From Hyphomonadaceae bacterium (GTDB lineage: Bacteria; Pseudomonadota; Alphaproteobacteria; Caulobacterales; Aquidulcibacteraceae), in contig JALHQO010000003.1 in assembly GCA_022841905.1 (NCBI GenBank), positions 44,236-108,235 of the forward strand: a stretch of DNA of 64,000 bases, written 5' to 3'. Under the pieces are notes generated by a model. That model was not told the origin of the DNA and did no database searches. It saw only the letters and a program-made list of their open reading frames with translations. Shown in pieces: positions 35,541 through 44,369 of the stretch; within the stretch, counting starts at the first letter, position 1; every line of letters begins with the position of its first letter. Both the position numbers and the translations under genes were made by a program.

Positions 35541-37564
35541 TCGCGGCAAGCGTAGGGAAGACCGGGGGTTTCGCAGAAATCCGGCCAATCGCTGCTCAGG
35601 TGCCAGTGCGCCAAGACGCCAAGATCGCGCATCAGCAGCAGGAAGCGCGGATCGGCGCGCATGGCCGCCGCGGCCGGGGCGAAGAGCGCGGCGTGGCCGC
35701 CGCGCCGCTCGTCCACGAATGTCGTGCGGGCCAAAGCGAAGGCGCCGTCTAGGTCGCCGAGTTCGGACAGCATCAGCACCGCCTGCACCGCCGGCAAATC
35801 GCCGCCGCGTGCGCAGGCTTGCACGTCGGCGACGTCAGGCGCGCTTGGCGCCTCCCGGCGCAGTGCGTCGGCCGCCTGGCGCCAACAGGCGCTAGCGCGT
35901 GGCGAGCGGGCTTGCGACGCTGGATCGTTCAGCAGCGCAACCGCGTCGTCGTAGCGGCCGCTCCAGAACGCGATACGCATGCGCGCCCACCACTGGCGCG
36001 CGTCCGCCGGGTAGGCGGCAGTCATGCCTTCAATAATGTCGCGCGCCTGATCGGTGTCCCCGGTGATCGCCAATAATTGCGCGACGTTGCGGCGCTTCCA
36101 TACGGATAGCGGATCGAGCGCGCTGCCGCGTTGCGCGAAGGTCAGCGCCTCCGCGGTGCGGCCAAGATCGTCCAACAAGTTGGAATAGGCGCTGTTCAGC
36201 GTTGCGTTCTCCGCGTCGCGCTCCAGCCCGTTACGCAGTAACCCTTCGCGTGCGTTCCAATTCGTCCGCGATTCGAGCAGCGAGAGCGCCACGTAGCTTT
36301 CGCCGATATCGGGGGCCGCGTCGTGCGCGCGTTCGGCTTCGCGGCGCGCGCTTTCGCGCAGCGCGCTGCGTGTCGCCTCCGGCGCTTCCAGGCTGAGCCT
36401 TGCGCCGCTGAGCGCCAGCAAAGCGCGCGCATAGGTGAAGTTCGGATCGCGCTCCACCACTTGCGCAAACGTGTCTCGCGCTTCTTGCGTGCGAGCCGGG
36501 TCGCGTTCCGCGTCGCAGCCGCGCAGGAGCAGCGTGAACACATCGCTGGTAAGCTCCGGCCGCGTGCGCACGGCGCGTACGCCGCAGGTCAGCACATCAG
36601 CGCTGCGCTCGGCGGCGCGCTGGCGCAAGCCGGGCAATTCATTCGCGCGCCCATCGAAGACGCTCGACCAAAGCGTCGCGCGATCGCTGGTGCGAACAAC
36701 GTTCATGGTCAGACGAATTTGGTCTCCGGTTTCTTCGGCCGCGCTTTCGACGGCGAGTTCGGCGCCGAGTGAACGCGCGCGATCCAAACGCTGTTCGCGC
36801 GCGCCCTCGGCCGTTTCCGCCCGGTCGATCGGCGTCACATCCATGGCGCTGAGCGCCAGCGTGATGTCGTCGGCGACGCCGGTCGTCAGTTCATCGAGCG
36901 CGCCATCTTGCTGTGGTGCCGAGGAGAGCACTGCGACGCGTGTAGCGGGCGGCGCGGTGAGCATGGGCCAGGCCAGCACCGCCAACACGACCACTGCGGC
37001 GACAGCAGCGGCGCCGATCGCTGCGAGGCGCAGACGTCGCGCCTTGCTTTGGTCTGCGCCGACTTCGCCCGTCGCCTGATCTTCGCTGGTCAATTCGAAG
37101 ACGCCGATGCGTTCGTCGATTTTCGGCAGCTTGATGACGCCCTTCGAGGCCAGCCGTCGCGCCAGCGGCCCGCGCAGTTCGCGGCGCGCATCCTCGGAAA
37201 CCAATACCGCGCCGGCACTCGCTTGCGCTTGAAGCCGCGCGGCGACGTTGACGCCGTGCCCCAACAAATCGCCGCTCGGCAATTCCGAGACTTCGCCGAG
37301 GTGTACGCCCGCGCGGATAGGGGGATCGTCGTTTGCCGCGAGATCGGCTGCAGCCTGTACGCCAGCGGCCACGGTCGAAAATTCCATCAGCACGGAGTCG
37401 CCGGCGGTGTTGACGATGCGTCCTTCGTGCGCCGCCGCGGCCGCGGTGCAGCGCTCGACCAGCCGCCCGACGGCCGCGAGCGCGCCTTCTTCGTCAGCCT
37501 CCGCGAGCGCGGAATAGCCGACAACGTCGATCGCGACGATGGTTGTTAGTTTACCTGCAGCCAC
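35519..37564 (-). CDS. class III adenylate/guanylate cyclase domain protein with TM segment and C-terminal TPR region
   Basis: 681 aa. N-terminal CHD (IVAIDVVGYSALAE ... NTAGDSVLMEF ... GHGVNVAARLQ), one TM (AAIGAAAVAAVVVLAVLAW), and a TPR-like helical repeat C-terminus. Confidence 0.85.
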   Translation of the reverse strand: MAAGKLTTIVAIDVVGYSALAEADEEGALAAVGRLVERCTAAAAAHEGRIVNTAGDSVLMEFSTVAAGVQAAADLAANDDPPIRAGVHLGEVSELPSGDLLGHGVNVAARLQAQASAGAVLVSEDARRELRGPLARRLASKGVIKLPKIDERIGVFELTSEDQATGEVGADQSKARRLRLAAIGAAAVAAVVVLAVLAWPMLTAPPATRVAVLSSAPQQDGALDELTTGVADDITLALSAMDVTPIDRAETAEGAREQRLDRARSLGAELAVESAAEETGDQIRLTMNVVRTSDRATLWSSVFDGRANELPGLRQRAAERSADVLTCGVRAVRTRPELTSDVFTLLLRGCDAERDPARTQEARDTFAQVVERDPNFTYARALLALSGARLSLEAPEATRSALRESARREAERAHDAAPDIGESYVALSLLESRTNWNAREGLLRNGLERDAENATLNSAYSNLLDDLGRTAEALTFAQRGSALDPLSVWKRRNVAQLLAITGDTDQARDIIEGMTAAYPADARQWWARMRIAFWSGRYDDAVALLNDPASQARSPRASACWRQAADALRREAPSAPDVADVQACARGGDLPAVQAVLMLSELGDLDGAFALARTTFVDERRGGHAALFAPAAAAMRADPRFLLLMRDLGVLAHWHLSSDWPDFCETPGLPYACRDEASRLL

Positions 37565-37627
37565 GCCTTACCCCCGGCGCGGGGGAGAATGCCGCGATGC
37601 GGCGCCTTGGTCTAGCTTGCCGGCGCT

Positions 37628-38338
37628 TTAGCGGCGCATGGTGACCGTCAGACCGGTAAAGCTCGTATCCTGCTGGAAGGACTGCGTGCCGATCTGGGTG
37701 GATTCCTCGCGCTCAACATAAGCGAGAGAGGCTTGAATGCCGTCGCGCTCGTAGGTCACGCCAGCTGACATGTCGCCGATCTCGACGCGGTCCTCGAGCG
37801 CGAGCGATGGGCCGCGACCGCCGAATTCGTCGCGCGAACCGGGCTGCCAGGTCAGCGCTTCGTTGTCGGAGGCGACGAACATGTAGACGGAGCGTCCGCC
37901 GCCGCTTTCCCGGTCGCGCTCGTCGCGAACCAGGCCGCGACCGATGCGGACTTCCGAGCCACTGCCTTGGCGATCGAAATCGCCATTGGCGTCGGCGCCG
38001 AGCGTGGCGCGTTGCGCGAGTGAGATTTCCACTGGTGAGTCTGCGCTGCCAGCGGCGACTTCGAGTTCAAGTCTGCGGGGGCGAGGGCCTTGGCCTTCGG
38101 ATTGGCTGGCCGGTGCGAAGCGCTGCCCGCTATCGTCCCGAACTGAAACGTCCAGCGTCGGCGTCGATGCGAGCAAAGCAGGGTCTTCGAAGCTCACCGG
38201 GCTCGGTGGGCCTTCTTGTGCGCCTGCGACAGAGGCGCTGATCATGCCGGCCGCGAGCATGCCGCTCGCCAGCAAGGCTGATCTCAGAGAACTCAAGCCA
38301 CCCATTACAGCCTCGTTCCAAACCATTCGAAGCGGCAA
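37628..38338 (-). CDS. exported protein, paralog A of a tandem pair (possible LpxR/DUF2219-like outer-membrane protein)
   Basis: 236 aa with a signal-like N-terminus. The C-terminal ~60 aa are about 75% identical to the neighbouring paralog (SLAYVEREESTQ.GTQSF.QD.SFTG.T.TMR). The LpxR resemblance is weak and from memory only. Confidence 0.5.
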   Translation of the reverse strand: MPLRMVWNEAVMGGLSSLRSALLASGMLAAGMISASVAGAQEGPPSPVSFEDPALLASTPTLDVSVRDDSGQRFAPASQSEGQGPRPRRLELEVAAGSADSPVEISLAQRATLGADANGDFDRQGSGSEVRIGRGLVRDERDRESGGGRSVYMFVASDNEALTWQPGSRDEFGGRGPSLALEDRVEIGDMSAGVTYERDGIQASLAYVEREESTQIGTQSFQQDTSFTGLTVTMRR

Positions 38339-38413
38339 TGCACAATGGCTGCCACAGGTTCCGCCGGGTGTTAAGTCTTGTCCGACTTAACCAGCCCGGC
38401 GTCGGCCTTTTTT

Positions 38414-39094
38414 TCAGTGCCGCATGGTTATTGTCACGCCGGTGAAGCTCATATCCTGCTCGAAGGACTGGGTGCCCACCTGAGTGGATTCCTCGCGTTC
38501 GACATAGGCGAGGGAGGCCTGCCAGCCATTCGCCTCATAGGTGATGCCGGCCTGGACATCGCCGATCTCCACTCGATCTTGCAGCGCAAAACCCGATCTG
38601 GAGTCGCCGAAGTCGCTGCGCACGCCAGGTCGCCAGATCAGCGCTTCGTCTTCCGAGGCGGCGAACAGGTACCAACTGCCTTGGCGCGATGGCGCGTCGC
38701 GCGGCATGCTGCGCAAGCCGTGGCCGAGACGAAGCTCGGACCCGCGTGTTTGCCGATTGACGTCGCCATTATTGTTAAAGCCGACGCCGCCGCGTTGGGC
38801 GAACGCGACATCGAAGCCGCCGGAGCTGGCGACGACGGAGACTTCGTAGCCGCGGGTTTCGCGATCGCCGCGGCGCGCCGATGGCTCTTGCGACGTGAGA
38901 TCAGAGAACCGGCCTTCTCTGCCGGGCCTGAGATTGAGTTGAAATCTGCTGGAAAACGCGGTGCTGGGGTCAGCGAAGTTGACCCCGTCGACAAATGCAG
39001 CGCTTGGACCGACCGCATCTTCGGCGGTAGCGATATTCGCGGCGAAACTGATGAACCCGACCAAACCAACGACCACGAGCTTGCGTAAGAGCAT
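38414..39094 (-). CDS. exported protein, paralog B of the tandem pair
   Basis: 226 aa. Signal peptide MLLRKLVVVGLVGFISFAANIATA. Shares the conserved C-terminal block with paralog A. Confidence 0.5.
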   Translation of the reverse strand: MLLRKLVVVGLVGFISFAANIATAEDAVGPSAAFVDGVNFADPSTAFSSRFQLNLRPGREGRFSDLTSQEPSARRGDRETRGYEVSVVASSGGFDVAFAQRGGVGFNNNGDVNRQTRGSELRLGHGLRSMPRDAPSRQGSWYLFAASEDEALIWRPGVRSDFGDSRSGFALQDRVEIGDVQAGITYEANGWQASLAYVEREESTQVGTQSFEQDMSFTGVTITMRH

Positions 39095-39211
39095 CGCGAT
39101 CTCCTCCCAATAGATGTGAGGATGTCGTAAGTATGGTTACTCAATTGCTAATTCGCGACGCCGCGCTGCGTTCGTATGCAGGCAGTGTGCGCCTGCGAAG
39201 GGCGTCGGCGC

Positions 39212-39769
39212 TTAGCTCTGCGTTGAGATTTGCTGCGGATTCACGCGCGGCAGCGTGCGCTGCATCACGATCACATCGAGCCGCTTGCCGAACTTCTCGC
39301 CGACGTTTTTCAGCGTGCCGACGTACTGAAAGCCGAGTTTTGTGTGCAGCTCTTTCGAAGCGGCGTTGTAGCTGTCGCCGATGAAGGCGAGCACTTCGCG
39401 GACGCCGTCATCGCGCAGGCTGTGCAGCAGCTCGCCCATCAAAGCTTCGCCGACGCCCAAGCGCTGGGTGGTGGGAGCGACATAAACCGAGCTTTCGAAC
39501 GTGGTCGCGTAGGCGGCTCGGTCACGGTACTGGACAGCATAAGCAAAGCCCAGGATGCGGCTGGGGTCGCTGACCGGCGACGCCACCACGAACGGCCAGC
39601 CTTTCTGGGCCACCGCGCTCCAGCGCTCGGTCATCTGCTCGAGCGTCGGCGGCTCTACCTCGAACGTGCCCGTGCCTGAGAGCACATGGTGCGCATAGAT
39701 CAGCTGGACGGTCTCCAGGTCCTGCTGGAAGCAGGGCCGGACGATCAAAGCGGGGCGATCAGCCGTCAT
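39212..39769 (-). CDS. GNAT-family N-acetyltransferase (phosphinothricin acetyltransferase-like)
   Basis: 185 aa. Acetyl-CoA binding motif RLGVGEALMGELL and a PAT-like N-terminus IRPCFQQDLETVQLIYAHHV. Confidence 0.75.
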   Translation of the reverse strand: MTADRPALIVRPCFQQDLETVQLIYAHHVLSGTGTFEVEPPTLEQMTERWSAVAQKGWPFVVASPVSDPSRILGFAYAVQYRDRAAYATTFESSVYVAPTTQRLGVGEALMGELLHSLRDDGVREVLAFIGDSYNAASKELHTKLGFQYVGTLKNVGEKFGKRLDVIVMQRTLPRVNPQQISTQS

Positions 39770-39882
39770 CGGCCCTCGGTGGCCCCGATTTTAACCTCCG
39801 GTCAAGCCTGCGGCGCCTCGCCTCGCGTCGGATGGGCGCATTCACCGGATGCCAACCCAAGCGGTTTAAGATCGCCTCCGAA

Positions 39883-40461
39883 ATGGCGAGTCTCTTGGGA
39901 GTGGGGCCGGCCCGGGCCTTGATGCTTGGGCTGATGGCGGCGGCGATGACCGCGTGCGCGTCGACGCCTGCGCCGATTTCGGCGGGCGGCTCGCGCATGG
40001 GCGGCGTGGGCGAAGTCATGTCCAGTTGGCGGGGAGAGGGCGAAGCCCGAGTCGTTGATCCCGGCGCTGGCCTCCAATGCGTGCCCTTCGCCCGTCAAAT
40101 TTCAGGTATTCAGATCTACGGCGACGCCAATACTTGGTGGCGACAGGCTGCCGGGCGCTATCCGCAGTCTTCGCGCCCTGCCGCAGGCGCTGTGCTGGTG
40201 ACCCGGGGCTACAACAATCCCGGCCGTGGTCATGTGGCGGTGGTCACCCGCGTTGATTCAAGCCGTCTGATCAGGGTCGATCAGGCCAACTGGCTGAACA
40301 ATGGCGAGATCAGCGTGGGCGTGCCGGTGCTGGATGTCTCGCCCAACAATGATTGGAGCGAGGTCCGTGTCTGGCATATTCCCGGCGGCCATTGGGGTGG
40401 GCGGATCTATCGGGCTGAGGGCTTTATCCACCCGTTCGCACTCCACGCCGCGCTGAGCTAA
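39883..40461 (+). CDS. CHAP-domain lipoprotein (peptidoglycan amidase/peptidase-like), paralog 1
   Basis: Lipobox LMAAAMTAC. Catalytic Cys context LQCVPFAR and His context RGHVAVV. Confidence 0.7.
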   Translation: MASLLGVGPARALMLGLMAAAMTACASTPAPISAGGSRMGGVGEVMSSWRGEGEARVVDPGAGLQCVPFARQISGIQIYGDANTWWRQAAGRYPQSSRPAAGAVLVTRGYNNPGRGHVAVVTRVDSSRLIRVDQANWLNNGEISVGVPVLDVSPNNDWSEVRVWHIPGGHWGGRIYRAEGFIHPFALHAALS

Positions 40462-40672
40462 GTTCCGGCGTTAAGCTTTCTTACCAGCTCGGATAGACTA
40501 GCCGTTAAGGTATATTACCACGGAACAAGCAACATCTTGTTCCACCAGACCCTGTTTACCATAAACACCTCTACCTTTCTTATTGTTCAGCTGGTGAATT
40601 AAGTATTCTTTTACCCCGCTCGCCCTTTTGTGTGTGTCAGTTTGGGTCAACGGCTCGTCTGGGCATCAGGGC

Positions 40673-41350
40673 ATGATGGATTCTCGCGCGCTTCTCCTCG
40701 CGGCTGCGACGATCGCTGGTTTCACTGGCGTGACGTCGGATGCCGACGCATTGACGCCGCTGTCGATGGATCTTGCCGTCGATCCGGCGGTCACAGAGGG
40801 ATCGTCCGTACACGCGACTATGGCGCCGAGCGACTTCACGCCGCCGCCTGATGACGCGTACGAGCCGACGGCGCGCGTCTCCAACTGGCGCTCGCGTCTG
40901 CAGTGCGTGCCTTTTGCGCGCCGCGAGTCCGGCGTTCAGATTTTTGGCAATGCCAACACCTGGTGGCAGCAAGCGCGCGATCGCTATGAAACCACGGCAG
41001 AGCCTGAAGAAGGCTCGGTGATGGTGCTGCGCGGCTACGCCACCGCCAATCGCGGCCACGTCGCTGTTGTGCGCGAGATCGTGTCGCCGCGCCTGATCAT
41101 CGTCGATCATTCGAACTGGCTGAACGGCGGCGAGATCACCCGCGACGTGCCGATCCGTGATGTGTCGGAAGCCGGCGATTGGAGCCAGGTGCAAGTGTGG
41201 CACGTGCCCGGCCGTCACTGGGGCGGGCGCACCTACCAAGTGCAGGGCTTCATTCTGAATGTTCTGACCGAAGCGCAGCAGCAAATCGATGCCGAGCGCG
41301 CCGCTGCTGGGATGCAACTGGTGTCGGCTGAGGCTGTGCCCGTCGGTTAA
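40673..41350 (+). CDS. CHAP-domain exported protein, paralog 2
   Basis: Signal-like N-terminus. Same LQCVPFAR ... RGHVAVV core, about 60% identical by eye to paralog 1 across the CHAP domain. Confidence 0.7.
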   Translation: MMDSRALLLAAATIAGFTGVTSDADALTPLSMDLAVDPAVTEGSSVHATMAPSDFTPPPDDAYEPTARVSNWRSRLQCVPFARRESGVQIFGNANTWWQQARDRYETTAEPEEGSVMVLRGYATANRGHVAVVREIVSPRLIIVDHSNWLNGGEITRDVPIRDVSEAGDWSQVQVWHVPGRHWGGRTYQVQGFILNVLTEAQQQIDAERAAAGMQLVSAEAVPVG

Positions 41351-41586
41351 GCGCCGTCTGAGCCATTGCCATTCGTCACCTTGCCGTTGGTGACGCCATA
41401 ATCTTGAGAACGCTGGCGCGTCGACGTCGGCCCATATCCCTCGGCCGCGAGCCCGCGCTTGAGTAATTCGCGCACAGCTGCCGCTCGACTGGGCATACGC
41501 TGAGCAAAGCGCCAGTTATCCACCGCCGCCAATTCCTCTTCCGTCAGCATGATCTGCAGACGCTCGTCTCGGTTAAGCTCGTTCAT
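41347..41586 (-). CDS. small ribbon-helix-helix-like protein
   Basis: 79 aa from MNELNRDERLQIMLTEEELAAVDNWRFAQRMPSRAAAVRELLKRGL (beta-alpha-alpha RHH pattern) with a Gly/Asn-rich tail. Confidence 0.5.
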   Translation of the reverse strand: MNELNRDERLQIMLTEEELAAVDNWRFAQRMPSRAAAVRELLKRGLAAEGYGPTSTRQRSQDYGVTNGKVTNGNGSDGA

Positions 41587-42125
41587 GCGGTCCTTTCCGC
41601 TCAAAGTTCCCATGACGGATAATGAGTAAGACGCTCAGAGGTTCCCTTTCACGCATTGCTAGTCGTTAGCGCAAGTAACCAATCTTGTGAGGTGGCGGTA
41701 AAGCGGCAATCGGTGCTGCTTTTACAGTAGATATGGCCGAGATTTCAGGTAATCGCGGGCTCGTTGTGTTGGACGAAGCACGCCTTTGGTTTATGGTGGC
41801 CTTGTCGTTGCGCCCGAGTAGTGATCGCGGTTCTGTGAACACACTGGCGAAAGCGGCCGCGTCAAAGGACGCGACATTTATGACTACAACACCGTCGACC
41901 TCCCGCTTGAGGTTCAAGCTGCCCGATTGGCTGCGCCTTGGCCTCGGCAAGCGCGCGCCCGCGCAAACATCGCGCGTCCAGTCGCGCAAACTCACGCCGA
42001 TCGCCGACGTCATGGCCAGCGCCGGTCGTGACCACCAAGAGGCGCCTTAGGTCTTTTCGCGCTGTGAACTCCCGCGCTAGCTTCGCGCCGCGTTCGGTGC
42101 GGGGGCCGGCGCGGAGGGGATCGAC

Positions 42126-43040
42126 ATGGCGAATGGCGCGGCGACCGCCGCGGGTGCGACCGCGCCCGCTCAGCAAAAACTCAAGCTGAAGACCAAGCAG
42201 CGCGGCGGCATTCCGTTGTTCCGCTGGCTCACCCAGAACCTGGTGTGGGAGCTCTTCATCCTCGCCTGCATCATCGCGAACGCGGCGATCCTCGGTTACG
42301 ATGCGCATTACGGCGAAGACAATCGCTACCACGCGCTCATCGAGCAGTGGAACATGTACTTCCTCTGGATCTTCACCGCCGAACTCGCGCTCGAGTTTTT
42401 GGCGCAAGGTCCGAAGCGTTACTTCAGCCGTGGCTGGAATATCTTCGACATGATCGTCGTCGGCGTCAGCTGGTGGGCGGTGACGCCGGCGATCTCGGCC
42501 TTGCGGGCGTTGCGTGTCGTGCGCGTGTTTCGTCTCATCAGCGCTGTGCCGCAAATGCGACGTGTAGTCGAAGCGTTGTTCGGCGCGATGCCGGGCATCT
42601 TGGCGACGCTCGCGATCCTGGCGATCGTTTTCTATATCGGCGCCGTCATGGCAACGACGCTATTCCATAGTGAGCCCGGTTTCCGCGATCTCGGTGAAAG
42701 CGCGCTCTCCTTGTTCGCACTCTCGCAGTTCGACGGCTGGGGCGACACGATCGCACGGCTGCAACCGAACTATCCGTTCGCGTGGTTCTTCGTGATGACC
42801 TTCACTGTGATCGCGGCGTTCGCGGTGCTCAACCTCTTCATCGGTGTTATCGTCGAAGCCGTGCAAGCGGCGCCGCAAGAAGAGATCAAGGAAGAGCTCG
42901 ACGAACTCGAAGAAGAAGTTGAAGGCATCGCAGGCGCGCAAGAAGACGCCGCCGTTGTGCAGCAGCGCATTCTGGATGAGGTGCGTGCGTTGCGAGCTGA
43001 AGTCGCAGCTTTACGCTCGGCGCCGCCTGCTGCGTCTTAG
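42126..43040 (+). CDS. single-domain voltage-gated cation channel (BacNaV/NaChBac superfamily) with atypical selectivity filter
   Basis: 304 aa. S1-S6 topology. S4 with Arg at every third position (LRALRVVRVFRLI). Pore FALSQFDGWGDT. S6 NLFIGVIVEAV. C-terminal acidic coiled-coil. Confidence 0.8.
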   Translation: MANGAATAAGATAPAQQKLKLKTKQRGGIPLFRWLTQNLVWELFILACIIANAAILGYDAHYGEDNRYHALIEQWNMYFLWIFTAELALEFLAQGPKRYFSRGWNIFDMIVVGVSWWAVTPAISALRALRVVRVFRLISAVPQMRRVVEALFGAMPGILATLAILAIVFYIGAVMATTLFHSEPGFRDLGESALSLFALSQFDGWGDTIARLQPNYPFAWFFVMTFTVIAAFAVLNLFIGVIVEAVQAAPQEEIKEELDELEEEVEGIAGAQEDAAVVQQRILDEVRALRAEVAALRSAPPAAS

Positions 43041-43594
43041 CGTCCGGCGCGGGAGGCCGACGCTACCATCACAGGCGGCGAAAGCACAGCGTTGATGCCT
43101 TGGATCACGCCGTTCGTCGCGTTGATGTCCTGCATCGTCACGAGTTGATCGTTGACGCGCAGGCCATCGCGGCCGTCGATTTCGACGCGATAGCCGTTAG
43201 AGGCTTCCTCGCGCACGACCTCGCCGTTCACGGTCTCGGTCGTCACCCGCTCATCGACGACGTGATAGGCGAGCAGCGCCAACAATTCGTCGCGGTTCTC
43301 GGGCGCGAACAGACGCGTGCGCTCGCGCTCGCTCATAGTGCGGAACGCTTCATCTGTCGGCGCGAAGACAGTGAATGGCCCTTCACCGCGCAAGGTCTCT
43401 TCGTAACCGGTGCGCTCCACGGCTTCGAGGAACATCGTGAACTGCCCGGTCGCAGCCGCAACATCGATGACGTCGCCGTTAGGATCGGGCGTGTTCGTCT
43501 CCGCGACGAGGAAACGCTCGCCGGTTTGGGCGAGGGCGACGGGGGCTGCCGTTAACATCAGCGCGAGCAGCGTGGCGCGTGTGAAGGACATCAT
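43037..43594 (-). CDS. fasciclin (FAS1) domain protein, exported
   Basis: 185 aa with a signal peptide. Motifs FTVFAPTDEAF and NGVIQGINAVL. Confidence 0.85.
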   Translation of the reverse strand: MMSFTRATLLALMLTAAPVALAQTGERFLVAETNTPDPNGDVIDVAAATGQFTMFLEAVERTGYEETLRGEGPFTVFAPTDEAFRTMSERERTRLFAPENRDELLALLAYHVVDERVTTETVNGEVVREEASNGYRVEIDGRDGLRVNDQLVTMQDINATNGVIQGINAVLSPPVMVASASRAGR

Positions 43595-43676
43595 GCGTCA
43601 TCAACACCCAGGCGCCGGTTCGGGTTTCACAGCCCTGTCACTGGCGCGTTAAGCGCCCATCGGCGACAATGCCTGC

Positions 43677-44369
43677 ATGTCCGTCTGGTCCCGCATCGTC
43701 GAGTTGGCCGCGCGCGCCTTCGATCCGGAGGCCGATCCGCCGGAATTCAACGAAGAATGCGCCCCGCGCCCGAATGACGTGGGCTTTACCGCCGCCGTGA
43801 TCGGCCTCGCCGCGAAGATGGCGGTGGCAGACGGCCGAACCACTGAATCCGAGATGTCCGCCGCCGCTCAGGTCTTCCGCCCGCCGCCGGGCGAAGAGTT
43901 GCACTTCAAGCGCGCGTTCTCGTTGGCCGGCCAAACAATCCTAGGATTTGATTCCTACGCCAAGCAGATCGGCCGGAAGTACCGCGCCCGTCCGTGCCTG
44001 CTGGAGGACGTCCTCGACGGTCTCTTCCACATCGCCGCCGCCGATGGCGCGATTACGCAGGCGGAGCTCGACTATCTGGCTGAGGTCGCCGCTCATTTCG
44101 GTTTCAGCGAGATGGAGTTCCGCCGCATCAAGGCCACCAATCTCGGCCCCGAAGCTGGCGATCCCTATGCCGTCCTTGGCCTATTGCCCGGTGCGAGCAT
44201 GGAGGAAGTGCGCCAAGCTTGGCGCCGCACTGCGGCTGAAAACCACCCTGACCGCATGCTCCAACGCGGTGCGCCGCCGGAATTTGTGGAAATCGCTCGC
44301 GAAAAGACCGCCGCGATCAACGCCGCTTACGCCCTGATCCGCGAGGAATTGAGCGTGGAGGCGAAGTAA
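43677..44369 (+). CDS. J-domain co-chaperone with TerB-like N-terminal domain (DjlA-like, no TM)
   Basis: 230 aa. C-terminal J domain DPYAVLGLLPGASMEEVRQAWRRTAAENHPDR. N-terminal tellurite-resistance TerB-like repeats (ADGRTTESEM ... ADGAITQAELDYL). Confidence 0.75.
   Translation: MSVWSRIVELAARAFDPEADPPEFNEECAPRPNDVGFTAAVIGLAAKMAVADGRTTESEMSAAAQVFRPPPGEELHFKRAFSLAGQTILGFDSYAKQIGRKYRARPCLLEDVLDGLFHIAAADGAITQAELDYLAEVAAHFGFSEMEFRRIKATNLGPEAGDPYAVLGLLPGASMEEVRQAWRRTAAENHPDRMLQRGAPPEFVEIAREKTAAINAAYALIREELSVEAK

Noticed and set aside
35396-35752. 118-aa plus-strand ORF covering the 22-bp duplication
   Set aside because: It is antisense to the cyclase 3' end and crosses the nrdB leader. No SD and no motif.
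41733-41879. 5' part of the 105-aa plus-strand ORF
   Set aside because: The third-position GC bias is much weaker than in real genes here. Only the 3' 56-codon part is kept as a low-confidence candidate (see findings).
41862-42554. 230-aa minus-strand ORF
   Set aside because: It is antisense to the 5' half of the channel gene. Arg/Asp/His-rich shadow ORF.
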